This document shows, piece after piece, positions 1 to 8,235 of a stretch of DNA of 24,425 nt. The stretch comes from a virus (lineage: Duplodnaviria > Caudoviricetes): positions 1-24,425 of the IMG/VR virus record IMGVR_UViG_3300037465_000510; one strand, given 5' to 3'. Within the stretch, counting starts at the first letter, position 1; every line of letters starts with the position of its first letter. The translations under genes and the position numbers were made by a program. Under the pieces are notes generated by a model. That model was given only the letters and a program-made list of their open reading frames with translations. It searched no databases and was not told the DNA's origin.

Positions 1-334
1 TGAGGATGGCGCTCCGCGTCTTCGGCCCGAGGTCCCCGTCGACCGCCACCCCGAGAACGCGCTGGAGGTTGCGCACTGCGTGAACGCCGCTCTGGAAGTA
101 GAAGTCGAAGACGGAGACGGCGACGGCCGACGGCAGGTAGTCGCCGCGGATGGCCTCCCACCGCTTGAGGTATGCCTCGACGAGCTCCTGCTCGGTCACA
201 ACCCCGTCGCGCCAGGCTTCGGGGTTCGCGTGCTCGGCGATCCCGTCGTAGGTCCGTCCGCCAGGGTCGTTGGGATCGTTCACGAGGCCCTTTTCCTCGA
301 GCCGTGTGAACGCCATGGCGACGGCGAAGCTCAT
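1..334 (-). CDS. Endolysin, glycoside hydrolase family 108, 3' end outside the window
   Basis: Not in the ORF track. Manual translation from the ATG at 334 (ATGA overlap with the upstream stop): MSFAVAMAFTRLEEKGLVNDPNDPGGRTYDGI...VSVFDFYFQSGVHAVRNLQRVLGVAVDGDLGPKT. This matches GH108 E-x-G-x-x-NDPxDPGGxTxxGI plus the LQxxLGVxxDGxxGPxT peptidoglycan-binding motif. Confidence 0.9.
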   Translation of the reverse strand, partial: MSFAVAMAFTRLEEKGLVNDPNDPGGRTYDGIAEHANPEAWRDGVVTEQELVEAYLKRWEAIRGDYLPSAVAVSVFDFYFQSGVHAVRNLQRVLGVAVDGDLGPKTRSAIL

Positions 335-732
335 TGGTCCTCGGATGACTCGCTGACGGCGCGGCGCGCCGCGCGAGCCTCTTCGGGGAAGGCCCGCTCT
401 AGGATGAACTGCACCTGCATCTGCCGGCGCTCTAGGCGCTCGGTGCGAGTCGTTGCGTTCTGCGCGGCCTCAGCCGCCGCCACCGCCGCCTCGCTCGCCT
501 TGATGCTTGCGACCTCCAGGGCCTTGAGCCTTGTTGCGACCTCTGGGTGCGCGACCTCGACGGCAGTCGTCTTGTGGTTGTGCACGTCGTCCGCGACCTC
601 GTGCAGCCAGTACCAGCCGACGGGCACCGCGACGATCAGCGCCACGAGGACGAGCCCCATGGATACCGAGATGCGGCCCCCTGCGATGCGCACGTCCTTC
701 GCAGCCGTATGCAGCAGCGACACCCTCGGCAC
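331..732 (-). CDS. Single-TM coiled-coil membrane protein, putative holin-like lysis protein (start may be GTG at 723)
   Basis: One hydrophobic segment (MGLVLVALIVAVPVGWYWL) then an Ala/Glu/Arg helical tail. The stop overlaps the endolysin ATG. GGAGG lies 8 nt before GTG 723. Confidence 0.55.
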   Translation of the reverse strand: MPRVSLLHTAAKDVRIAGGRISVSMGLVLVALIVAVPVGWYWLHEVADDVHNHKTTAVEVAHPEVATRLKALEVASIKASEAAVAAAEAAQNATTRTERLERRQMQVQFILERAFPEEARAARRAVSESSEDQ

Positions 733-807
733 CTCCGTCAGTCGCCCGTTGCGGGCGGATTCATGCAGGGGGAGACGACGACGCGTCCGGACTCGAAGAT
801 GCGGACC

Positions 808-1212
808 CTAATCCAGCACCTTCGGAGTTCCCGGTCGCCCGCGGCGAAAGATGGCGGCGGTGGCCGCCGTCGAACCTCCGGTCCCGACGGGACCTGCGCA
901 GGAGATGGTGAGCGATCCGCGCTTATTCGAGATCGCGGAGCCGGCGGTCGGGATCGAGATGAAGCCGCCGACGCGCGTCGTGTTCACGGTGATGGTCGAG
1001 ACGCCGTCGACGAACACCGAGCACGAGGAGATCTCGGTCGGGTCGAGCGGGTCGCCGGCGTCGTCCGTCTCCGGCGTGCAGAACTTGATGGCGGACGTCG
1101 CGTCGTAGGTATTCGCCGGGTTGTGGGCGGTGGCCGCGCACTCGGGGTCCGCTGCGAGCGCTGGGAGCGCGAGGAACGCGGAGAGCAGGGCGAGGAGAAG
1201 CGTCGTGCGCAT
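808..1212 (-). CDS. Small exported protein, 134 aa, Sec signal, 4 Cys
   Basis: MRTTLLLALLSAFLALPALA|AD signal with ALA cleavage site; AGGAG RBS; ends GRPGTPKVLD. Confidence 0.8.
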   Translation of the reverse strand: MRTTLLLALLSAFLALPALAADPECAATAHNPANTYDATSAIKFCTPETDDAGDPLDPTEISSCSVFVDGVSTITVNTTRVGGFISIPTAGSAISNKRGSLTISCAGPVGTGGSTAATAAIFRRGRPGTPKVLD

Positions 1213-1276
1213 GGATACTCCTGGTGCTGGTGCGCTGAATATCAGGCGAAGTTGCGATGCCGTCCAGTGAATCGGG

Positions 1277-1801
1277 CTACGGAATCAGCTTCGGGACACC
1301 AGGGCGGCCGCCGACCGGAGGTGGGAGGGTGGGTCCGGGGTCGGCGAGCTCGTAGTAGACCAACGGACACTGCAAGGTGCCTTGCGGTGGGCTCACGGTG
1401 TTGACGAGCGGGCAGGCTGGGGCAGCGAAGTAAGGGAGTGGCGCCGCGCAGTTGATCGGCACCGCGACTCCTCCCTGAGCCAGGTCGTACACCTTTGGAC
1501 GAAGGCGGTAGCGACCGGCGAGCGACCGATTCGGGATCTTCCAACAGTCGCCCCGCTTGATGACGGCGTGCTGGCCGTTTGGCCTAACGAGCTCGACCCA
1601 GTTGCTTCCGTCGAAGCGCTCGAGGGCCATGCCGGTCTCGTACTGGATCCACCAGCCGCCTTGCTGCTGGATCAGCAGGAGCGGCGTCTCCGCGACGTTC
1701 ATGACGAATGCCGCCTGCGCGGCGGCCGGAGGCGTGGCTAGGAGCTGCACCCAGCCAGCGAGAATGGCCGAAGCGATCCCGCCCCCGACTCGGGACGCCA
1801 T
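1277..1801 (-). CDS. Small probably exported protein, 174 aa, 4 Cys
   Basis: Start moved to ATG 1801, giving signal-like MASRVGGGIASAILAGWVQLLATPPAAA|Q; Pro-rich end GRPGVPKLIP. Confidence 0.65.
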   Translation of the reverse strand: MASRVGGGIASAILAGWVQLLATPPAAAQAAFVMNVAETPLLLIQQQGGWWIQYETGMALERFDGSNWVELVRPNGQHAVIKRGDCWKIPNRSLAGRYRLRPKVYDLAQGGVAVPINCAAPLPYFAAPACPLVNTVSPPQGTLQCPLVYYELADPGPTLPPPVGGRPGVPKLIP

Positions 1802-1821
1802 CACTCGTCGCGGACGTGCCG

Positions 1822-2067
1822 CTAGTCGCCAGTGGAGCATGTCCCAGGGTCGATCGTGGCGGACAGCGCGCATGCCGCTGCCAGCCAGGTGACGAGTGCG
1901 AGTGCGAGTGCGAAGTTCTTCACGGTCTCCCCTCCGATGGCTCGAGTCGAGGATCGCGGCGTGGTGACCGTGCTGGTGGAGTCATCGTAGCAGTCGGCCG
2001 GCGTCGAGCGCTGCGCGTAGGCGGGCGCAGTGAGAAGCAACGAGAGCGCGAGCAGGGCGAAGCGCAT
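1822..2067 (-). CDS. 81-aa ORF with two signal-peptide-like segments, possibly a gene remnant or a nested mini-lipoprotein from GTG 1923
   Basis: TGATG coupling to the 1099-aa gene; MRFALLALSLLLTAPAYA|Q; internal GGAGG 7 nt before GTG 1923 gives MKNFALALALVTWLAAAC. Confidence 0.45.
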   Translation of the reverse strand: MRFALLALSLLLTAPAYAQRSTPADCYDDSTSTVTTPRSSTRAIGGETVKNFALALALVTWLAAACALSATIDPGTCSTGD

Positions 2068-5000
2068 CAGTTCACCGTCCATTCAATCTGGATCCAGCCG
2101 CCCTCGCCTGCCGCGAGCGACTCGGAGGTGATGTCGATCACGAGATGAGAGTCCGCGGCGATGGCGGAGTCGCTGAAGGACGTGTCCACGGCGCCGTCGC
2201 TGTCGCAGGCCAGCGCGCCGCCTAACATGTCGGTCGTGCCCGTGGTCGGCGCGGTCTCCGCCCGCTCGTAGAGCAGGATCGAGAATCCGTTCGCCTGGCC
2301 GGTCGAGCACTGCACCTTGGTCAACGTGCTCGCGTCAGGGATTCCGCAGCGCGCCCAGAGATCGACGTGTGTCGTAGCGCCGCTCGAGTCTGCGAGCACC
2401 GGAACCATGCAACTGCGTGTCCGCGCCGTCGCTGTCGGGGTGATCGTTGGATTGCCGGAGACGCCATCCCCATCGGCCCAGGTGAGGTGGGTCGTGTTCC
2501 CGCTGGCCAGCGTTCGGTTCGTGGTCGTGTTGAGCGCCGTACGCACCACGACGCCGTTCCCGCCCGGGTCCCCCAGGCCGCTGCCGCCCCCGAGGACCGT
2601 CGGGGTGCCGCTGTTGAGATCGCAGAACTCGTGGCGCGAATCGACGGAATCGTACCAGCTGTTGCCCTGGTCGCCGGTGCAGTCGTCGTCATCCACTGCC
2701 ACGTTGTTGCGGTCGATCTTGCCCGTGAGCACCGGGGTCGCGATCGTCGGCGAGGTGTCGAACACAACACCGCCTGTCCCCGTTTCTCCCGTCAGCCACG
2801 CTGCGAGGTTCGCGCTCGAAGGGGCCCCGAGGAATGTCAGGAACTCCGCCGATAGATCCGGCTCCTGGTCCGAACCGATTGCGCTCGGCGCCTTGAAGCC
2901 GTGGTAGTTGTTGCCGTTCGCCGGATCTTCGTAGACCCGTAGCCGCTGCACCTGCCCGGAGACGCGCTCGGTCCCGAATGTGACGCCGGCCGAGCCCGCG
3001 TTGTGGAAGATGATGTTGATGTCGCTCGCGCTATTGCCGACGGTCACCGTGAGGTCGGCGCCCGAGAGCGAGCCCCAAGCCATTGTGTTGAACGCGCTCG
3101 CGACGAGGCCGTTGCTGAGCGTCAGCTCGGTGAGATCGACGCGCAGCGCCGCGCTGTTGATCCCGAGTCCCACCCCGTCGAGGTCCGTAATGGACGTGGC
3201 GTCCATCGCGAAGAAGCTCGTCGTGTCCGCGCCGTCGACGTTCGGGAACGAGTAGAACTGCTCGTTCGTGTTCGCCGTCGGGCCTTCGCAGAGGAAGCCT
3301 CCGACGGTTCCGCCGTTCACGGTGAGCACGCACTCGCCGGCGCCCAGACCGAGGTTGCCGGCGAGGGTCGAGGTGTAGAGGAGGTCGAAGGTCGCGCTGT
3401 CGGGAGAGGCGCCCGTGGCGAGCGTGACCTTGACGCCCAGACCCGTGAGGAGGTCGACGCCAGCGCCGTCGGCGACTGCGGCGCCGTTCACGAGGATGGG
3501 GTCGCCGCTGCCGCCGCCCGTGTCGAGGTCGGTGAGGGTGTTGTCCTGGCACTTCTTGAGCTTGCCCTCGCTGTCGTCGTAGAAGATGCCGCCGCCCGTG
3601 GCCGAGAAGGTCGAGCAGTCGGTGAGAGCGTCGCCCGGCTCGAATTCCAGCCCGAGCGCATCGACGCCGATTTCAGCGACCGCTGCGATTGTGAGATCGT
3701 TCGCCACTTCGTTGTCGGCCCACGGGTTGGCGGTGTTGTCCCAGTTCCCGGCGATGGTTGCGGTCTGGCCCAAATGCCCGATCGTCGTCTCGTCCCAAAT
3801 CTGACACGAGGAGGTGGGGCCACCACACGAAAGCCCGTTCTCATGCACTGGCATGACGACGCGCGCGGCGATCCCCGTCGCGTTCGTGATCCCGGAGGTG
3901 GAGAATTGAGTGCCGTAGAACGTGGTCGGCTTCGTGCTTGTCGTATCGACCGACACGTAATCCTTGGCGTTTGAATCCGAGAAGCGGTCGCCGTAGGAAT
4001 TGATCGCGCAGCCGAGATCTGGCCGGTAGATGCCGGCCGTGTCGTGCGCCTCGAAGTGATTTGAGATGCTGTTCAACACGGCGTAGCCGTTCGCAACCGT
4101 GTCGCACCGAATCCCGATGTCATTCGACTCGAACGTCGAGCTCGAAATGTTGAACGTGCTGTGCGCGTCCTCGATGTAGACGGCCTCGCCAGCATTCTGG
4201 CTGATCGTCGTACTAACGATCGAGTTCGCATTCGGGTATGACGTGCCGACCGTGCCGGTCCAGACAGTTCCCTGGCCCCAGTCTTGAATGACCGAATCCG
4301 AAATGTGCGTCTTGAGACAGGCGTCGCACCGAAAACCGACCCCGGTCTCCGTCTGCCCTCGGAGCGTCACGCCATGGATGCGCAGGGCCGCTGGGCCGGT
4401 ACCACCAGAATCGGCATCGATGCCGATATTCGCGGCGTTGGCGGAAGTGAAGTCGATCACGAAGTCGCGCAGCGTGATCTGGTCGTCGGCGACGATGAGC
4501 GCGGTAGTCCCGGCTGCCGGGATCCAACGCGAGCCCAGCCCGCTTCCCTCCAGCGTCACCCACTCGCATGGGATCGTCACCGTGCCAGTGGTAGCGACGT
4601 TTCCGTCTGGGATGACTACCTTGGCCCCGTATGGCGACGATGGAAAGGATGCGCAGGCGGCTGTTACTGCCTCCTGAATGCCAGCAGTCGTTGTAGACCC
4701 GGACTGATAGTCCACGGCGTACAGCACCTGCTGAGGCCATTTCTTCTCACCATCGTCGTGCGTCCCGCTCCCGTCCTCGTCGAAGTAGTAGACCTCGGGC
4801 GTTGGTAGATATCGGAGGTCCGTCTCGCCGGCGGTCTGATCAAGCGCCAGCGCGGCGCCGCCGCCTCCTCCCGTTCCCTCGACCTCCGCGATCCAGCGTG
4901 TGGTCGCCGAGTCGTAGTAGAAGCACGCCTGCCCCCACTCGACGCCCAGCACCGTCGAGGTCCCGCCCTCGACGGTGTCCGAGCCGCCGCGCTGCACCGT

Positions 5001-5366
5001 CAGGTTGTTGGTGTCCCATGTGCCAGTCTGATCGACCGCGCAGTAGACCGAGCCGTCCGCGGGCGCGCTCGGGAGCGTCAGCGCGAAGGCAGCGCTCGTC
5101 GTATTCGTCTGCGAGAGCTCGCCAGCCGCGACCGTGCCGGCGCTTGCGCGAGTCACCGGAACGAGCGTTCCGCCCGTCGAGAGCGTCCCGTCGTGGCGCA
5201 CGATGACCTCGCAGCCATCGCCCGCTGCGACGTCGGAGTCGAGGCACAGTCCGCTCGCCGAGTCCGAGATCGCGCCCTCGCCAGTGACAACACGCTGCGC
5301 GAGCGCGGGAGACGCAGCGCACGTGAACACGAGCAGCGCGATGGCAAGGGTCTGGCGCAGGCGCAT
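2067..5366 (-). CDS. Tailspike/fibre-like protein, 1099 aa, with N-terminal Sec signal and pectate-lyase-like beta-helix
   Basis: Signal MRLRQTLAIALLVFTCAASPALA|Q; fibre motif TLPSAPADG..DQTGTWDTNNLTVQRGG; beta-helix cap TTAGIQEAVTAA..GAKVVIPDG followed by N/I/G ladders; fibre repeat PSSANLAAWLTGETGTGGVVFDTSPTIATP; GGAGG RBS. Confidence 0.75.
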   Translation of the reverse strand: MRLRQTLAIALLVFTCAASPALAQRVVTGEGAISDSASGLCLDSDVAAGDGCEVIVRHDGTLSTGGTLVPVTRASAGTVAAGELSQTNTTSAAFALTLPSAPADGSVYCAVDQTGTWDTNNLTVQRGGSDTVEGGTSTVLGVEWGQACFYYDSATTRWIAEVEGTGGGGGAALALDQTAGETDLRYLPTPEVYYFDEDGSGTHDDGEKKWPQQVLYAVDYQSGSTTTAGIQEAVTAACASFPSSPYGAKVVIPDGNVATTGTVTIPCEWVTLEGSGLGSRWIPAAGTTALIVADDQITLRDFVIDFTSANAANIGIDADSGGTGPAALRIHGVTLRGQTETGVGFRCDACLKTHISDSVIQDWGQGTVWTGTVGTSYPNANSIVSTTISQNAGEAVYIEDAHSTFNISSSTFESNDIGIRCDTVANGYAVLNSISNHFEAHDTAGIYRPDLGCAINSYGDRFSDSNAKDYVSVDTTSTKPTTFYGTQFSTSGITNATGIAARVVMPVHENGLSCGGPTSSCQIWDETTIGHLGQTATIAGNWDNTANPWADNEVANDLTIAAVAEIGVDALGLEFEPGDALTDCSTFSATGGGIFYDDSEGKLKKCQDNTLTDLDTGGGSGDPILVNGAAVADGAGVDLLTGLGVKVTLATGASPDSATFDLLYTSTLAGNLGLGAGECVLTVNGGTVGGFLCEGPTANTNEQFYSFPNVDGADTTSFFAMDATSITDLDGVGLGINSAALRVDLTELTLSNGLVASAFNTMAWGSLSGADLTVTVGNSASDINIIFHNAGSAGVTFGTERVSGQVQRLRVYEDPANGNNYHGFKAPSAIGSDQEPDLSAEFLTFLGAPSSANLAAWLTGETGTGGVVFDTSPTIATPVLTGKIDRNNVAVDDDDCTGDQGNSWYDSVDSRHEFCDLNSGTPTVLGGGSGLGDPGGNGVVVRTALNTTTNRTLASGNTTHLTWADGDGVSGNPTITPTATARTRSCMVPVLADSSGATTHVDLWARCGIPDASTLTKVQCSTGQANGFSILLYERAETAPTTGTTDMLGGALACDSDGAVDTSFSDSAIAADSHLVIDITSESLAAGEGGWIQIEWTVN

Positions 5367-5440
5367 GAATGCCTCCGAGGCGAAACCAGTGGGAACGGCG
5401 GCGCAGCGCGGCAGGGCGCCCGCGGCTCGCCTTCAGGGAT

Positions 5441-6823
5441 CTAGGCGGCCCGGAAGGTCAGGCCGTTGAAGAGGATCATCCCGGTGACGCCGCCCGGGCC
5501 GCGGTACTTGATGGAGCCGTCCGTCTCGATCGAGAACGGCTCGCCGCCGAGCGCGACACGCAGCCGCTCGCTCGGGCGCGCGAAGCTCGGAAGCGCGTTT
5601 GCCGCCGAGACTATGTCAGCGCCGGCGCTCACCGAGGAGCCGCCGGAGTCGACGGCGCCCTTGATGACGACCTCGCCCGTGAAGGCGTTGTAGAGGTAGG
5701 CGAGAACGCTCTCGCCGGAGACGTTCGCGAATGGCGAAGACTTCGTGAGCGTCGTGAACGCGGGCAGTGCGAGCGCTGCCGTCGTGCCGAACAGCTCCTC
5801 GACCTCGACGAAACTCGCGCGCTTTGCCTCTGCGGTGCCGCCGTCCACCGTGACGCCGTTTGTGCTCGTCTGAATCGAGAGGCCGAGCTTCTGCCCCGCT
5901 GTCGGCTGCACGACGACGCTCGCGACGCCGAGCGCGAGCGCATCGGTCGCCGCCGCGACGTTCTGACGCGCGGTGCCGCCGTCGACGCGCGAGCCCGTGC
6001 CGTCCGCCACGTTGCCGTTCGTGCCGACGTAGAGCCGCGCCGTCACGAGACCGGCCGCCGTGCTCTTGGCCAGCGAGAGGTTGTAGGTGATCCGGTAGAG
6101 CTTCGTTCCGTCTGGCGTCGACGGGAAGCTGAGGCCGGTCAGGCCCGTGATGTCTGTCTCGCTCGTCGCCGTGACGCTCTGGTCACTGCCCTTCGTGGTC
6201 TTCGCCCGGTAGGCGTTCAGGATCGCGGAGAGCCGCGTCTCGACCTGGAAGAGCGCGTAGCGGACGACGTCGGCAGTGAGGCGGTCGCCGCTCTCAGGCA
6301 CCACGAAGCCGAAGATCGGCGTGAAGCTGCGCGAGATGACCGCAAAGGCGCCCTGCGGCGCGTTCGCGTGGTCGTAGGTGGTGCCGCCCCAGTTCGCGGC
6401 GAGGTGGAAGGTGTCACGCGCAATGCTGCCCGCGGAGCCGACGAGGCCGATGGGCTGGCCCTGGATGAAGAAGAACTGCCCGGGCAGGATCGGCCCTTGC
6501 TGCGGCGAGTCGGCGAAGCGCGGGGGGTTGCCGGCGAACTCGGGGAAGTTCGCTGGCACGAGCGAGGCGACCGTGACGGTCGCGCCCGACGAGCCCCCGG
6601 TGAGCCCCGTCCCCGCCTCCGGCTCGGGGCCCGCGGTACGCGTCATGTAGAGCGTGCCGCCGTTCCCGGTGTCGCTCAGGTAGATGCCGCTTCCGCCGCC
6701 GGACCAGGTGACCGTCTCGCCGGCGGTGAATGTCCCGGTCTTGGTCCCGATCGTGAGCCGCCATACCGCGCGCACGACGTTCGAGCCATTCGCGACCGTG
6801 ACGCGAATCCCGAGGAACTGCAT
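5441..6823 (-). CDS. Tail fibre / receptor-binding protein, 460 aa
   Basis: Start moved to ATG 6823 (TGATG overlap). N-terminus VTVANGSNVV...SRSFTP..GD resembles siphovirus fibre anchors; the C-terminal G.V.IKG..LPSFARP domain is RBP-head-like. Confidence 0.75.
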   Translation of the reverse strand: MQFLGIRVTVANGSNVVRAVWRLTIGTKTGTFTAGETVTWSGGGSGIYLSDTGNGGTLYMTRTAGPEPEAGTGLTGGSSGATVTVASLVPANFPEFAGNPPRFADSPQQGPILPGQFFFIQGQPIGLVGSAGSIARDTFHLAANWGGTTYDHANAPQGAFAVISRSFTPIFGFVVPESGDRLTADVVRYALFQVETRLSAILNAYRAKTTKGSDQSVTATSETDITGLTGLSFPSTPDGTKLYRITYNLSLAKSTAAGLVTARLYVGTNGNVADGTGSRVDGGTARQNVAAATDALALGVASVVVQPTAGQKLGLSIQTSTNGVTVDGGTAEAKRASFVEVEELFGTTAALALPAFTTLTKSSPFANVSGESVLAYLYNAFTGEVVIKGAVDSGGSSVSAGADIVSAANALPSFARPSERLRVALGGEPFSIETDGSIKYRGPGGVTGMILFNGLTFRAA

Positions 6824-8235
6824 CAGGCGTGCTCCTCCAGCCAGCGTTCGAGCGCGGTGAAGAAGAAGCCCACCTCGGGGCCGTCCCACACGCGGTGGTC
6901 GAAGACGCAGCCGAGGTGGACGAGCCAGCGCGGCGGCGTGCTGCTCCACTCCGGGAGCAGCCACGCACGGAGGTCGGCGCTCTGCGGCGCCGCGCGAACC
7001 GCGCCGATCACAATCGTCGCCGCACAGCCTTCGAGCGGCCCGAGCGCGGCGAAGCCTTCGCGGATGCCCCACGGCGCGTTCTGCGAGATCGCGATCGCGG
7101 CACGCGCGGGCGGAAGCAGCGGCTCGAGCGCGTGAAGGTCCGGCGTCGGCTCGTAGGCGCGTTCGCGGGCGCGGGCGACCTGGCGCGCGATCTCGCCGGC
7201 GATGTGCACTCGCGGGCGCAGGTGCGGCCGGCGCGTGTAGACGGTGAACACTTCGCGGCGCCGCGAGTAGAGCCGGCGCACGCCGATCATCGCGTGCTCA
7301 GGCCGGTAGACGCGGCCCGCGCGCAGCGTGCGGTTGAGCCCGGGCTGCGACTCGAGTACCGCCGCGCACGCTTGCGCCACGAGCGCCTCGATCTCGGCGT
7401 CGTCGCTTGTCGAGACGCCCACCCAGCGGCCCTCGTGGAGCGGCGCGAGCTCGGGCCAGATCCCCGGGCGCGAGCGCTGCCACAGGTTCTGCGGCGCGAG
7501 CTCCGGGTCAGGCTCGCCGTACAGCCCTGCGCGCGCGGCGACTTCGAGATCCCGAGCAGCGGGCCCGGGGGCCACGCCGAGATGCGCGCACGCGGTGCGG
7601 TGCGAGGCGAGACACGCAAGCGCCATGCGCGCGGCGTGCTCGCGGCCCACGAGGTAGTGGATCGGCACGAGCCACTCGGGCGAAGCGGCGAAGCGCGCGA
7701 GGTGCGCCTCGAGCTGCGCCACGACCGATGCAGCGACTTCGGGTGCGGGACGCGCGGCCGCGAGCGCGGCGTGCGTGTGGCGCGCCTCGTCGGCCGAGAT
7801 CGCGTCGAGGATCTCCGGGTACGGGACACCGCCGCTTCTCAGCCAGGTGAACACCGTCGCGAGCCAGTGCTCACCGACCACGTTCAGCACGGCGCGCGAT
7901 ACCTCGCCCTCGAGGCCCGCGATGAAGCGCAGCAGCTCGGCGCCGGTGTGCTCTCCGGGCAACGCCACGAGGCCGCCGTTCAGCTCGGCGAGCTCGCGGA
8001 ACACGAGGTGGTGCGTCTCCTCGTCCTCGAGCTGGTTCGGGATGTTGTCGCCGGCGCGCGCCGCCTCGACGCCGATCTGCTCGAGCCACGCGAGCATCGA
8101 AAAGAGGAAGCGCGCCGCGAGGCGTCGCTTCGGATCGTCGACCGGATCGGCCCAGGCTAGCAGTGCGCTCGCGCGACAATGAGGAGTCGACAGTCTTACT
8201 GTGGTCGTCGGCCAGGCGGTCGCCGCCGCCGTCAC
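6823..8235 (-). CDS. Ferritin-like diiron domain fused to a 2-oxoacid dehydrogenase E2/CAT-like acyltransferase domain, 470 aa
   Basis: Ligand pattern E(QIG)...DEETH...E(HWL)...DEARH. C-terminal ACAAVLESQPGLN, AIAISQ, IVIGAV and FDHRVWDG follow the order of the E2 catalytic-domain motifs. Confidence 0.8.
   Translation of the reverse strand: MTAAATAWPTTTVRLSTPHCRASALLAWADPVDDPKRRLAARFLFSMLAWLEQIGVEAARAGDNIPNQLEDEETHHLVFRELAELNGGLVALPGEHTGAELLRFIAGLEGEVSRAVLNVVGEHWLATVFTWLRSGGVPYPEILDAISADEARHTHAALAAARPAPEVAASVVAQLEAHLARFAASPEWLVPIHYLVGREHAARMALACLASHRTACAHLGVAPGPAARDLEVAARAGLYGEPDPELAPQNLWQRSRPGIWPELAPLHEGRWVGVSTSDDAEIEALVAQACAAVLESQPGLNRTLRAGRVYRPEHAMIGVRRLYSRRREVFTVYTRRPHLRPRVHIAGEIARQVARARERAYEPTPDLHALEPLLPPARAAIAISQNAPWGIREGFAALGPLEGCAATIVIGAVRAAPQSADLRAWLLPEWSSTPPRWLVHLGCVFDHRVWDGPEVGFFFTALERWLEEHA

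Noticed and set aside
5367-5440. Intrinsic terminator or structured RNA (AGGCGA/TCGCCT inverted pair)
   Set aside because: Only 6-bp arms in very GC-rich sequence and no U-tract.
6823-7500. Pyruvate or 2-oxoglutarate dehydrogenase E2 as an auxiliary metabolic gene
   Set aside because: No lipoyl or E3-binding domain and no E1/E3 genes; fused to a ferritin-like domain within a tail operon.
7700-8120. Ribonucleotide reductase small subunit or encapsulin cargo ferritin
   Set aside because: No large subunit or encapsulin in the window, and the domain is fused to an acyltransferase.
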